64,000 nt of DNA from Eledone cirrhosa. Its lineage: Eukaryota. The stretch spans positions 292,764,001-292,828,000 of the forward strand of contig OZ024741.1 of assembly GCA_964016885.1 (NCBI GenBank), written 5' to 3'. The notes under the pieces were generated by a model. That model was not told the origin of the DNA, made no database searches, and worked only from the letters and a program-made list of their open reading frames with translations. Below, piece by piece: positions 50,858-63,598 of this stretch. Every line of letters starts with the position of its first letter. Positions within the stretch are counted from its first letter, which is position 1. A program made the translations under genes and the position numbers.

Positions 50858-53800
50858 ATCATCATCATCATCATCACCATTTTACGTACGTTCTTCCACG
50901 CTAGCATGGGTTAGATGGGTTGTCCTATTGTGGGCAGTGTCCAGTCGGCTGACCATGTCTTGTTTTTATGGGAACTGATTCTGACTTGATTTCTACAGCT
51001 GGATGCCCTTCCTAACACCAACCTCATTTACAGTGAGTGGTGGGTGCTTTTTTTCCGTGGCGCCTACACGTCCACTTTACAGTGTGGGCTGGGTGCTTTT
51101 TTGCCGTGGAACCTCTATGACCACTTTACAGTAGGAGAGTGTAGGAGCCTATTGTCTATATGCTTCAGCTTCGGCTTGTACGCGTGGGGGGTCGGGTCTT
51201 CTGTATTACTGCGTAACGCCAGAGGTCATGGTCATGTGTCATCGCCTTTGAGAGGTGAAATTGGGTAAGATAGGCCTTTATCAACTCATCCCAGGTCTTC
51301 TTGGGTCTCCCTACTCCGCAGTTTCCATCGACTTCTAGTGCTCTGCACCATTTTATGCAGCTGTCATCCTTCATACGCATAACATGTCCATGGAGGCACA
51401 TGGCTTAGTGGTTAGAGCATTGGCCTTGCAATGTAAATGTTGTGAGTTCAATTCTCAGACCGGGTGATGTGTTGTTTCCTTGAGCAAGACACTTTATTTC
51501 ACATTGCTCCAGTTTACTCAGCTGTAGAAATGAGATGATAGGGACTGGGGTCCCTATCATTCCACTGTAAAGTTGTCGTGTAGGTGCCATGGCAAAAAAA
51601 CACCCACCACTCACTGTAAATGAGGTTGGTGTTAGGAAGGACATCCAGCTGTAGAAATCAAGCAAGAATCAGTTCCCGTCCCACCCTTGCAAGCAGGGAA
51701 AAAGCGGACGTAAAATGAAATGATGGTGATGATGATACCAACGCAAGCGCCTCTCCTGCACACAGCATTTGATTCCTCTTATGCTCAGTCTCTCTCTCTC
51801 AATTCATTTATGCTTTGCCCTTCGCGTATATTACTGTTACACATCCATCGGAACATGCAGGCTTCGTTTCTTTCTAATCTACGTAAGTCTTCCACCTTCA
51901 GCACCCAGGTCTCACTACCATGTAACATTGCTGTTCGTATACATGCATCATATAGTCTGCCTTTCATCTCGAGGGAAAAGCCTTTTGCAGCTAGCAGTGG
52001 CAGTAGCTCCCTAAACTTCTTCCATCCCATTCTTACCCTAGTTAGTGTACTTTCCGAACACCCACCTCCGCTGCTAATTCGGTCACCTAGGTAGCAGAAG
52101 CTGTCTACTGTTTCTACAGAGCCCTCCCAGAGTTTGGTGGTACTTATTTCCTGTGGCTGTTTGCTGCTTGCTGTCCCAGCACAGCTGCTACATGTGAAGC
52201 CTACATTCTTAGTTAAACTTCCTGAGATCCCGCTACATCTCTTGTGTACCCATTGTTTGCATTTGGGGCAGAGAATGGAGTTCCTACTTACACCTTGCCT
52301 ACATACTGAGCAAGGCCATTTCCCTGAGGGGATCTAGGTTCTGTTTTCTCATCTACTTACAAGGACCTTAGTCTTTGTTAGGTTGACTTTGAGAACATCT
52401 TTTTCTAGTCCCTGCTTCCAAGTTTGGAATTTCTTCTCTAGTTCTACCATAGATTGAACTATAAGTGCGAGGTCATCTACATACATGAGTTCCTATGGGC
52501 ATCCGGTCTTAAACTCCTCCGTTATTGCCTGCAGGACTATGATGAATTGGAGAGGGCTAAGAACTGAGCCCTGTTGGACACGACCTGTACGCTAAATTCC
52601 TCACTATACTCATTGCTAATCCTGTACAGCTTTCACAAGCCATTCATCTACTCCTAGTTTTCTAAGAGCCCACCAGATTATAGCACAGGGAACTCTGTCG
52701 AAGGCTTTCTCGAGATCGACGAATGCCAGGTAGAGTTGCTTACTTTTAGCTAGGTACTTTTCCTGTAACTGCCTCACAAGGAATAGGGCATCAGTAGTGC
52801 CTCTTCCTGGCACAAACCCAAATTGCATCTCATCTAGTTTTACCCGGTCCCTAATCAATTGTGCTATAACGCTTTCTGTAACTTTCATGACCTGGTCCAT
52901 CAGCTTTATACCTCTATAGTTTCCTCTATCTAGTGCATTACCTTTACCTTTGTAGCAGTTGACAATGATGCTACTGCACCAATCCTTTGGTATGACACCT
53001 TCTAGTATTATCTGGTTAACAATACGGGTGGTTATTGTGTGACCTACTGACCCAGATGCCTTCAGCATCTCGGCAGCTATACCCGATGGACCGGTAGCCT
53101 TCCCGTCTTCATATCTTTGATTGCCTTACTTACTATGCTGCTGCTGACTTGTACTGCTGGCCCCTCTATAGGGTCTACTTGGAGTAGGGTCTCTTCTTCC
53201 CATGCATTCTCCTCATTTAGTAATCTATCATAATGGCTCTTCCATGCATTTTTCTTCTCAGCACTTGTGAGGGCAAGCTAACCTTTATCATTCCAGATAC
53301 ACTTCTCTCCAATGACATCACAATTCTTTCTGACGCACTGCTTCACAATCTTGAACACCTCCTGTTTCTGGTCCTCACGTTGCAAAACATGCTTGAATTT
53401 TCTATCTTCTGCTTCCTTCCTAGCTAAGTATACTTGTCACCTAGCTTCCCTCCTGGTCTCTATGTAATGTACCCTTCCATTCTTTTCATGCCTGTCTCTT
53501 GGCATTAACTCCCTCATCTACCTTATTGTTCCACCACCAAGTTACTCTCCTCCTGCCTGTGGTCTTACTCCAGCCACAGATCTCATCTGTCGTCTTTAGT
53601 AAGTTATTTTTTAGGAACTCCCAGTGCTCTTCTACATTGAATGTCTGTATCTGTTCTTCTTTACTGTCATAGGTGTTGAGTAAAATATCTTTAAATCTGT
53701 AACTGGCTGAGGGGTCTTTCAGCTTCCAGATCTTTCTTTCCAGGTTGCCTTCTGTTTCCAGGTCTAGTTCTGACCGTGAGGTTGCTGACAACTAAGCTAT

Positions 53801-54075
53801 GTTGGGAGGTACATTCCTCACTAGGGAAGGCTTTTGTGTTTACGACCGTCCATTTGTCACATCCTCTGATGAGGATAAAATCTATCTGACTAGAATGTTG
53901 CCCTGATCTATAGGTGATCAGGTGGTTGTCGGGTTTTTTGAAGTTTGTGTTACATATCGACATGTCATTGGCGTTGCAGAATTCTAGAAGCCTGAAGCCT
54001 TCTTCATTTCTTGTGCCAACCCCATGGCCTCCATGAACTCTATAGAAGCCGTCACGGTGTTTACCATCGTGTCCG
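50858..54075 (-). mobile_element. RTE-clade LINE (APE C-terminus to 3' tail), decayed, interrupted by a SINE
   Basis: APE motifs RNEEGFRLLEFC, LITYRSG..SQIDFIL, SQH; RT motifs NYRGI, QFGF, FVDLEKAFD; PHD-like finger; (GAT)n tail at ~50858. Confidence 0.96.
51392..51736 (+). mobile_element. Full-length SINE family A nested in the RTE LINE
   Basis: tRNA head with A/B boxes, CORE-like centre, RTE-type tail and (GAT)n; splits the LINE RWY|GH codons with at most an AT duplication. Confidence 0.93.
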
Positions 54076-55792
54076 CGTGTGTGTGTGTGTGTGTAAAGAA
54101 CAAAGATTAACAAGGATTTTAATTAAAGCATTTAATTGGATTTCATATGTTCAAGAATCCACCTCATTATGCCATGTTGGATAATTTTGATAAAAAAATA
54201 GTAAATTAAAAAAAACTGTTGATTATAATTCATTCTTGAAACAACTCACATGTACTCTTAATTATTTTAGAAAATAGAATAAAATACATGTACTTTCTAA
54301 CATGTCTAAAAATATATACAGAATGGAATATGATTCATATCATTCTTTCATATATAAAGAACTTAAAACAACTATAAAATAAAATTAATAAAGCTAACTT
54401 AATGGAAATCAATAGACAGGGTAAGAACACAATAAAACAATTGAATTTGGAAAAAAATTCACTGACCCATATATCCCCAAACCCCCTAGATTTAACCTTA
54501 AAACCATAAGAAAGATTTTATTAGTAAGTGCATTTTATCATGGCACATGAACTGGGTGGTCGTCAGGTTTTGAGGATGAACATTCTACCAATCACAAACG
54601 ACTTTACAACATTTACTGGGTATGTTTATCATGTATGACTCCAACACTATGGAGATTATCCCTTGATACAACTGAAGTGTCCTCTTAGCTGTTTTTGTCA
54701 GGGTCTCTTCAACCCCATTTCCCTCTTTCCACTAGCAATCCTCATCCCCAATCACCCCCGCCCCTCCCATCCATGAACCCTCAAGTATCACTTCTTAGCT
54801 TCTGACCTCTCTAAAGCCCTTAGATATCCTCAGTATCAGACCTAGTTGTAATCTCTCCACCTCTGTACACCCCAACTCTTTCCCCTGTATTACCATTCCT
54901 TAGCTATTCTCTCCATCACTACTCTACCTCATTTTCCTGACACACTCAGGAATGCTATCATTGCACACTATTGAAAACACCATATGTATACATAAATATT
55001 TATAAATTACACACACACACATATTTGTAACTATACTTATATATTGTTAATATTATATACTCTCTAATTGATTGCTTATATTTATTTCTAACCTAAATAT
55101 GAAAGTATGTAAGTCTATGTTAAAGTTTGTGTGCATTGATGCATGTGCACATGCATATCTATATGCATGTATGTATGTATGTATGTGTGCATGCAGGTAA
55201 TGAATGTATATATATGTGTGTATATATATGTATGTGTGTATGTATGTATATGTGTGTGTGTACATATATATGTTTGTATACACGATGTGTATCTTTGTGC
55301 CTTGTTCACTCCCTATATACATTTCAGTGAATCTTTAATTGGTTGTAACTTGAACAAATGATGGTTGGCATAGCCAGAAGTCAGAGCAGGAATCTTTTTA
55401 TGTCCATCATTTCATGGCATTCAATAAAACTCTATATTGATATATCATATAGGAATTCCTTGTGATTAAGCCTTTTACCATTTATATACCAGAGTTTTGT
55501 GAGTTCATGTGCCTGCATTAGTATCTGGAGCATATGTGTGATTTTGCTATATATATATATATAAATATAAAATCTATATGTATATATGTATATATATTTA
55601 TATGTCAGCCTGTATGGATGTATATTTGTGTATGTATATATAGCTGCCTCATTCATTGAGATGTCCCATATATTGACAATTTATTTATTTTTTTATTTAT
55701 TGGTTATATATATCCATATCTATAAATCTATCTACACACACAAGCACATATATATATATATGCGTGTGTGTATATGAATATATGTGTATGTG

Positions 55793-55828
<36 letters not shown>

Positions 55829-57436
55829 TATATCTATATACATATTCACATACATATAGACATATACATATATATATATATACACACACACATATATTCA
55901 TATACACCCATGCATATATATGTGTGTGTGTATATATATATATATATGTAGATGGATAGACAGACATCCATACTCATACAATCTCCTAATGCTTCATTCA
56001 GTTATTCCTCTAACTAACATTAATATGAAATGAAGGAAATGAATGCAAGCATGCCATCGTCATGACTATGAATAAATTTCAAGGCCCCACTACAAACGTA
56101 GATGGGTTCAAATGTTTGTTCATCTATTTATGTTTATGGTGTAAATGATATCACAGTATGAAGTCTTTGATGGATCATTGATGGATACAGCATAGCAATT
56201 CTTTCCTTATTGATTCTGTATTCAATGAAAATTTTAACCTGAAACACAAACTCCTTTTTCTCTATAATATAATATAATATAACATAAAACTAACATACGG
56301 ATGGAATTAAGCAGGTATAAAGTTGCAAATATTTTTCTAACGTTTATCTCCACATCAATCTATTTATGCTCCTAGATGTTTACTCTATAAATTTAATATT
56401 TTATAACCTCCTTTATTTTTGCTGCGATCCTGTGCTGATATATATTCAGAGCACCATCATCATATAACCGTTATGGTTATAATCATTTTATTTTCCAAAA
56501 TATCCAGTAAAAGACATTCATTAATGTTTATTGTATCTGCTTTCATTTAAAAATAGATGCCAGGGAGAAATGGGTAAGTTTGGTGGGTGGGGTTGGAGGG
56601 ACATTTGTATACTTAACCATTTGAACAAGCTATAGGATACAGGATACCTTACTGTGCCTTGATCTGAACAAAAGCAGCAACATTCAAAACAATTTGTGTG
56701 TTTCTTTGATAATCAATCTTTGTACAAGCAGAGTCATTAGATTTTCAGACTGGATTACTTGTGCATTCTGAGATCAAATCTTGATACGACTTGGGAGACA
56801 TTACCCATCGCCTGGTTTATCCCTTTTGATGCCAAAAATAAAACAAAATTTAAATAATACACGTCTCTATGTAGATATGCAAAAATATGCAGTATATAAA
56901 TACATATAAATTTTGGTTGTTCTTAACTTTCACAACATTGCACGTATCATCTGCATTCTAGTGAGGTATAGATTTGTCTTATCCTTTTAGATACAATGTT
57001 TGGCTCTAACATAGGAACAATTTAATTACTTTATGTACAAGCCAAAATTGCCCCATTTTTTTTTGGGGGGGGGGGGGGGGGGGGGGGTAAAATATAACTA
57101 TTGGTGTAAAGGATTTCCAAGGTTTCAGCAGCCCAAAGATCATAAGGGTTTATCTATTGCTGCTCTAAGATCTAGCTTTAACTAGGATTTCCCAGTGTGA
57201 CCTATATCAGATGTTTTTGTCTTTTAAACTCTAGATATTGGCCAAAAGTGATGTTGTATCACTCGTTAAAGGATTCCAAAATGCATGAGTGCTCAGGTAT
57301 AAACACTACTTGAATCTATTGGTAGTTAACCCTATTTAAGCCTTACTAGTTGTGGGCGTATCAACCTTACATCTATAAAATGTTACTTGAAAGACATTTC
57401 TACGATAAAAGTCAGTTGTTGCTATTATTTAAATTT

Positions 57437-57615
57437 CAGCGGTGAATTGGCAGTATCGGTAGAGGTTCGGATTATGCTTTCCAGCATAGTTACGTCCAGA
57501 GTTCAATTCCCGCCGAGGTTAACTTTGCCTTTCATCCTTACGGGGTCGATAAAATAAAGTACCAGTAATGTACTGGGATAATTGCTGGCCTTGTGCCAAA
57601 AAGTAGAAACAATTA
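57437..57615 (+). mobile_element. Full-length SINE family B
   Basis: AGCGGTGAATTGGCAGTATCGGTAGAG head; flanked by the direct repeat ATTATTTAAATTTCAGC at ~57424 and ~57612, a probable TSD. Confidence 0.9.
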
Positions 57616-57623
57616 TTTAAATT

Positions 57624-57870
57624 TCAGCTAGAACTAAATTCAGGGTTGTCTATATTTCTATGATCATAGAATTTGGCTAAGTTAGATGTACTAATGTTAT
57701 GTGCAAGGTTCTGAGTTGTGGAATAGGATATTTTAACAGTGTTTCTATTGAATAACTTATGATATTTATGTGCTGCTGGGAAGTGCTTCTTAATCAATGA
57801 AAGGAAAGCTTTTGCTATTGGTGTGGCCACTTCCATATTATATGGTGGGTTATAGCATATAATGCATCTA
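57624..57870 (-). mobile_element. Second, diverged Penelope-like fragment
   Basis: IICYNPPYNMEVATPIAKAFLSLIKKHFPAAHKYHKLFNRNTVKISYSTTQNL aligns with VLWFHPPYS...FFEALEKNFPPNHWYRKILNRNNIKISFSTTPNL of the large PLE. Confidence 0.85.
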
Positions 57871-58151
57871 CTGTAGATCTATTTTCCTTAGTTTTGTACT
57901 CGTACATATTGTATTCTATCTTATCTAGAAATTCGTTTATCACAGTGTGTGGAAAGATCAGTGAATTTTGCTCCATTGCTGATAAAAGGGAAATCCTTGA
58001 TGAGACATGTTTGGCCAGGCTTTTATTTATGCCCCACTTCCCCCAAATTGTGGACTAAACACACATGCTTTGTCTCCTAATTGTTTTTCTCTGTTTTTTC
58101 CTCATCAAACTTTTGTCTATTTTCTGGTTTATTGTTTTATCTTTCATTTTA

Positions 58152-58187
58152 TCTTCTGATGAAGGACTAAGGTCAGAATTGTTAAGA
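58152..58187 (+). ncRNA. Degenerate hammerhead motif
   Basis: TCTT CTGATGA A GGAC-TAAG-GTCA GAAT TG TT AAGA; lies next to a PLE fragment in the opposite orientation. Confidence 0.5.
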
Positions 58188-59676
58188 CTGTTTTCTTACG
58201 ATACTAAGTGTTAAACTAATATATATCTTTGTTGTAATGCATCGTTTATTTGTTTACTGTTAAATTACACACTCACATTTATATATATATATATATATAT
58301 ACATACAATCACACACACATACGAGAGAAAGAGATAACCAACTGAGCCCAAGGAGACTTGTGGTGGGCTTCATTTGCTAAAACTGTATTATGAATCCTCA
58401 CCCCCATATTGAAGGAATTCTTCCCTGATTGACCTCAATCACATTCTGTTTGGTTTTGATCATGTCAGGATTGTAGCTGTACTCACCACACTTGGGCTAG
58501 TGAGTCTATTTAACATATAATTGGGAAGAATTTCCATTGACTCTGTGGAGCTCATCCCTTCTTTTAACAGTTCTTGTCTTTTGTACTGCTGGGGTCCCAC
58601 ATACCCTCCTTATAAGACCAGGATTTGGTGGGGGAACCAGTTTAATCACCATCCACTCGGCGATATATTTATGAGTATAAAACTATAATTACTTTATTTG
58701 GAATGCTATTGTAATGAGAATGTTCCATCCTTTTGTGACACAATCAAGTATATAAACACACATGTATGCACACACACACACATACGTATATATATATATA
58801 TACACACATGCATGCACACACACCTATATATTTATTATACCTACAATAGTTACATGCACACATACATTCATACACTTGAGATTCAATTTTGATTGAGGTA
58901 TTATTTGACAAGACCCCTAATTCTTCATTACGAGGTAATGCTGTGTGATGCTGCAATGATCCCTGACCTTTCCAAATGCATTATTGGCATGAAAGGAAAT
59001 TAAACGGCTTTACCTGAGGACTGAAACCATAATTCATCTTGACAGGAGATTAAATTTTTCCCTAATAAACTTTCCACATGGTTCATATAGGGTTGGGCAT
59101 ACTGTTTCATCTGTTTAATGAGTATGTGTGTGTATATGTATGAATGTGTATGTAACAATTGCATTTATATTTATATAATTGTATAACAATTTTCATATAT
59201 TTGGGTATATTTGTATGTCAAAGGGAAATGTATGTATATAGACACGTATATATAAAAGTGCATGGGTTAAAAGTTAGTGAGTGCTGGTCTGTGTGTGCAA
59301 CAATATCTAATTGCCGTCATATATAATTCTATACCAATTTGTATATAGTTGAGTGTATTTGTATATCAGGGTGAAATGTATGTATATAGACATGTATATA
59401 TAAAAGTACATCGCTGAAAAGGTCATAAGGTTGATTCCCAGCAACATGTGTCCTTAAGCACTCACTTAATTTTACATTACTCCAATCCATTCAACCAGAA
59501 AAATTAGTTGTAACTGTGAGTGACAAGGCAGTAATTGTCTAATACACTGAGAATTACATTAATGTTACATGTATTTGTGGAATGCTCAGCCAATTGCACA
59601 TTAGATTTATGAGCAGGCTACTCCGTTGCTTTAACAATTGGAGCTCATGGTGCCTCACATCTTCACATTATATATA

Positions 59677-60798
59677 CTAACTGACGTACCCAGCTTCGCC
59701 CGGGTAAACAGATGATAAGAGAAGACAGGTAAAAGAGAAAATGACTGTATTGGATGTTTGTCTGGGTACAGTATGAGGTGAGTCCGTGGTGTCAGTGTGA
59801 CACAGAAAACAGTAAAAAAAAATCTTCCAGATATACCAGATTCTTCGTTGCACCGTTTGTGCATATTATATGAACACTTCTAGGTGCTCCCACCTAGAAT
59901 AGCGACCTCTAGGAGATGGTTCATCTTCTGTCTGACTGTAAAACGTGTATCATTGCATAGACGTGGTTGTTCCACGTTTCTCAAAAGGATGATGGAAATT
60001 CCAATCTTTTATATTATATGTAGATATAGATATAGATAATTAATATAAAAGATGATGCTCAGCCACTTCGTCTTCAACCATCGCAGCACGCCGTCGCTGC
60101 TTGGCTCCAGTGTTTCGTTGGCGTTGTTCAGCCAGCTCCTCTTCATTCATGGCGGCACGCCTTCGCCTCTGAAGTTCGGCGTTTCGATGGTGCTGTTCGG
60201 CCCGTTTTTCTTCATTCCTGGCAGCACGCCGTCGCCGCTGTAGTTCACTGTTTGATAAAGTCGAATTGCTTTTATTATCAGTATTCATTTCGAGCAATTG
60301 TCAAAATATGACAATAATAAATATAAAAGATGTCCGTCAATGTAAAAAAAGGTCCCTATTTACTCCCTTCACAACTCTGTGTATGTTAGACTGAAAGACA
60401 AGCACACAAACAGATTAACTGCGTGGCGTTGTGGAACGCCCCACGTACACACACATACACGCATGGAAACGCGCACACGCACGCAAACTTACACACGCAC
60501 CCGTGCACTTACACACTCACACATGTTCATAGTTTTTACTTTCTGTGGAACGCTGCACGCACGCACACACACATAAACATACGCGCACGTACATACACAC
60601 GCACACATGGTAATAGTTACAGCGTTCACTTTGCCTCTCTGTTTCTTACTCTCACCTCTCACTCCCTCATTGCCATTATGCGTATTAATTTAAGTATGGC
60701 GTCGTTGAGGTGGGTAGAGTCATTTGAAACCTATGAATCAATGATAATCGAGAATTATGACACACGGAATACTGATGTTGTTGAAATTAATATATAGA
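59677..60798 (-). mobile_element. Non-autonomous Helitron, unit 1 (contains STPR-like segment)
   Basis: 5' TCTATATATTAAT; 3' hairpin ACCCGGGCGAAGCTGGGT, then ...TTAG|T. Confidence 0.85.
60040..60297 (-). CDS. STPR-like 23-aa Arg/Glu repeat fragment (RepHel N-terminus-like)
   Basis: Repeat RRRRAARNEEKRAEQHHRNAELQ / RRRRAAMNEEELAEQRQRNTGAKQ with ~23-aa period; located inside a Helitron. Confidence 0.6.
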   Translation of the reverse strand: MLEMNTDNKSNSTLSNSELQRRRRAARNEEKRAEQHHRNAELQRRRRAAMNEEELAEQRQRNTGAKQRRRAAMVEDEVAEHHLLY

Positions 60799-61680
60799 CT
60801 AGCTGACGTACCCAGCTTTGCCCGGGTAAACAGATGATTAGAGAAGACAGGTAAAAGAGAAAATGACTGTATTGGATGTTTGTCTGGTTACAGTGTGAGG
60901 CGAGTCCGTGGTGTCTGTGTGATATAAAAAAACAGTAAAAAAATCTTCCCGATATACCAGATTCTTCGTTGTATTGTTTGTGCATAGTATAGGAACAATT
61001 CTAGGTGCTCCCACCTAGAATAGTGACCCCTAGCAGATGGTTCATCTTCTGCCTGACTGTAAAACGTGTATCATTGCATAGACGTGGTTGTTCCACGTTT
61101 CTCAAAAGGATGATGGAAGTTCCAATCTTTTATATTATATGTATATATAGATAGATAATTAATATAAAAGATGTCCGTCAATATAAAAAAAGGTCCCTAT
61201 TTACTCCCTTGACAACTCTGTGTATGTTAGACTGACAGACATTCACACAGACAGATAAACTGCGTGGCGATTGTGGGATACCGCACGTACACACATACTC
61301 GCATGGAAACTCGCACACGAACGCAAACTTACACACACGCACACACTCACACATGTTGATAGTTTTTACTTTCTGTGGAACGCTGCACGCACGCACACAC
61401 ACATAAACATACGCGCACGTACATAGACACGCAAACATTTTATTGCTTTCCTTCCCCTCTTATTTCCACACACATGTCTCTACACTGACACATATACATA
61501 GTGTATCCAAACACAGGGTTCACTTTGCCTCCCTCTCTCCCCTCTCACCCCCTCATTGGCATTATGCATATTAATTTAAGTTTGGCTTCGTTGAGATGGA
61601 CGGAGTCGTTTGAAACCTATGAACCAATAATAATCGAGAATTATGACGGAATACTGACATTGTTCAAATTAATATATAGA
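60799..61680 (-). mobile_element. Non-autonomous Helitron, unit 2
   Basis: Host A|TCTATATATTAAT at 61680; 3' hairpin ACCCGGGCAAAGCTGGGT + CTAG at 60799-60802. Confidence 0.88.
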
Positions 61681-61987
61681 TGTGTGTGTATATATGTATA
61701 TATATATATTTATATATAAACGGAAAAAATGAAACGAAATTTCATTTCTCACTCTGAGTACGGCTGTTACTTAAATATAAGTAGGTATACGTACATACAT
61801 ATATGTATACAGACGTACAGTAGTATGTATATATATACATTCATGCACACATATATATATATATGTACGTATGGATTTACCGAACATTTATTATAATGCT
61901 CGGTGTGTTGGTAAACAAACATCCCGAATTAAGCCGTACAGTGTTTAGCAACCATCGTTGCCCTTTTGTTCAACACTGACAAAGGAA

Positions 61988-62028
61988 CGATGTACTAGTT
62001 TCAAGCTTATTAGCTATCGTCATCACCG
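61988..62028 (-). ncRNA. Hammerhead ribozyme (C3A core substitution)
   Basis: CGGTG ATGACGA TAGCT-AATA-AGCTT GAAA CTAG TA CATCG; a more decayed copy lies at 62417-62457. Confidence 0.8.
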
Positions 62029-62675
62029 TATACCTTCCTGCCAGATGATTGAACGTCTGAAAGTATATACTTTCCTTATGCATATTAACGGCTGAGCAGC
62101 CTAATTTGCATATCGAGTGAGTTAATCGGCCGGGCGCACCGAAAACGATAAACGGAAAAAATGAACGAAATTTCATTTCTCACTCTTAGAACTGCTGTTG
62201 CTTAAATATAAGTAAGTATACGTACATACATATATGTATACAGACGTACAGTAGTATCTATATATATATACATACATGCACACATATATATATATGTACG
62301 TATGGATTTACCGAACATTTATTATAATGCTCGGTGTGTTTGTAAACAAACATCCCGAATTAAGCCGTAGTGTTTAGCAACCATCGTTGCCCTTTTGTTC
62401 AACACTGACAAAGGAACGATGTATTAACTACAAGCTTATTAGCTATTGTCATCACCGTATACCTTCCTTCCAGATGATTGAACGTCTGAAAATATATACT
62501 TTCCTCATGCATATTAACGGCTGAGCAGCTTAATTTGTATATCGAGTGAGTTAATCGGCCTTTGTCAGTGTTGAACAAAAGGGCAACGATGCTTGCTAAA
62601 CACTGTACGGCTTAATTCGGGATGTTTGTTTACAAACTCACCGAGCATTATAATAAATGTTCGGTAAATCCATAC

Positions 62676-62732
<57 letters not shown>

Positions 62733-62977
62733 CATGTATATATATATATACTACTGTACGTCTGTATACATATATGTATGCACGTATACATACGTATATT
62801 TAAGTAACAGCCGTACTGATAGTGAGAAATGAAATTTCGTTTCATTTTTTCCGTTTATCGTTTTCGGTGCGCCCGGCCGATTAACTCACTCGATATGCAA
62901 ATTAGGCTGCTCGGACGTTAATATGCATAAGGAAAGTATATACTTTCAGACGTTGAATCATCTGGCAGGAAGGTATA

Positions 62978-63018
62978 CGGTGATGACGATAGTTAATAAG
63001 CTTGAAACTAGTATATCG
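62978..63018 (+). ncRNA. Hammerhead ribozyme (C3A core substitution)
   Basis: CGGTG ATGACGA TAGTT-AATA-AGCTT GAAA CTAG TA TATCG. Confidence 0.75.
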
Positions 63019-63238
63019 TTCTTTTGTCAGTGTTGAACAAAAGGGCAACGATGGTTGCTACACACTTTACGGCTTAATTCGGGATGTTTGTTTACAAACA
63101 CACCGAGCATTATAATAAATGTTCGGTAAATCCATACGTACATATATATATGTGTGCATGTATGTATATATATACATACTACTGTACGTCTGTATACATA
63201 TATGTATGTACGTATACATACTTATATATATATATATA

Positions 63239-63305
<67 letters not shown>

Positions 63306-63341
63306 TACACAATAATTAAAACTATGTTCAAAACATTATAT

Positions 63342-63388
63342 TGCTGACAATTGTTTATTCCAAACTTTCGTTTGGAATCATCGGAGCA
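63342..63388 (-). ncRNA. Hammerhead ribozyme of another family (two core substitutions)
   Basis: TGCT CCGATGA TTCCAAAC-GAAA-GTTTGGAA TAAA CAATTG TC AGCA: perfect stems I (4 bp) and II (8 bp), palindromic stem III ACAATTGT, GUC triplet. Confidence 0.75.
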
Positions 63389-63481
63389 CTAGAAAAGTTT
63401 GGACATATAATTAACTTCCTATTCAACTCAACAATCATATAGATACATGGATATTAATGTTGTCATCAACAGTTTCATATT

Positions 63482-63598
63482 TACAGAGTGGAATGGATGT
63501 GACAGAGATTACAAGAGAATTGTATAATAATTAGAGGCACAGAGTAGAATGCATGCGACAGAGATTACAAGGGAATAGTATAATAATTAAAGAGACAT
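63482..63598. repeat. ~56-bp tandem duplication
   Basis: ACAGAGTRGAATGSATGYGACAGAGATTACAAGRGAATWGTATAATAATTA occurs twice. Confidence 0.85.

Larger units (their letters stand above)
61716..63225. mobile_element. Retrozyme-like HHR repeat: ~2 units on the minus strand (61716-62560) joined to ~1.5 units on the plus strand (62559-63225)
   Basis: ~432-bp period; homologous to 19149-20060; both outer ends run into (TA)n. Confidence 0.88.

Noticed and set aside
51392-51465. tRNA gene
   Set aside because: A/B boxes are present but run into SINE body and tail, with multiple copies; this is a SINE head.
59012-59032. CTGAGGA-CT-GAAAC hammerhead-like string
   Set aside because: No room for stem II and no stem I or III pairing; probably chance.
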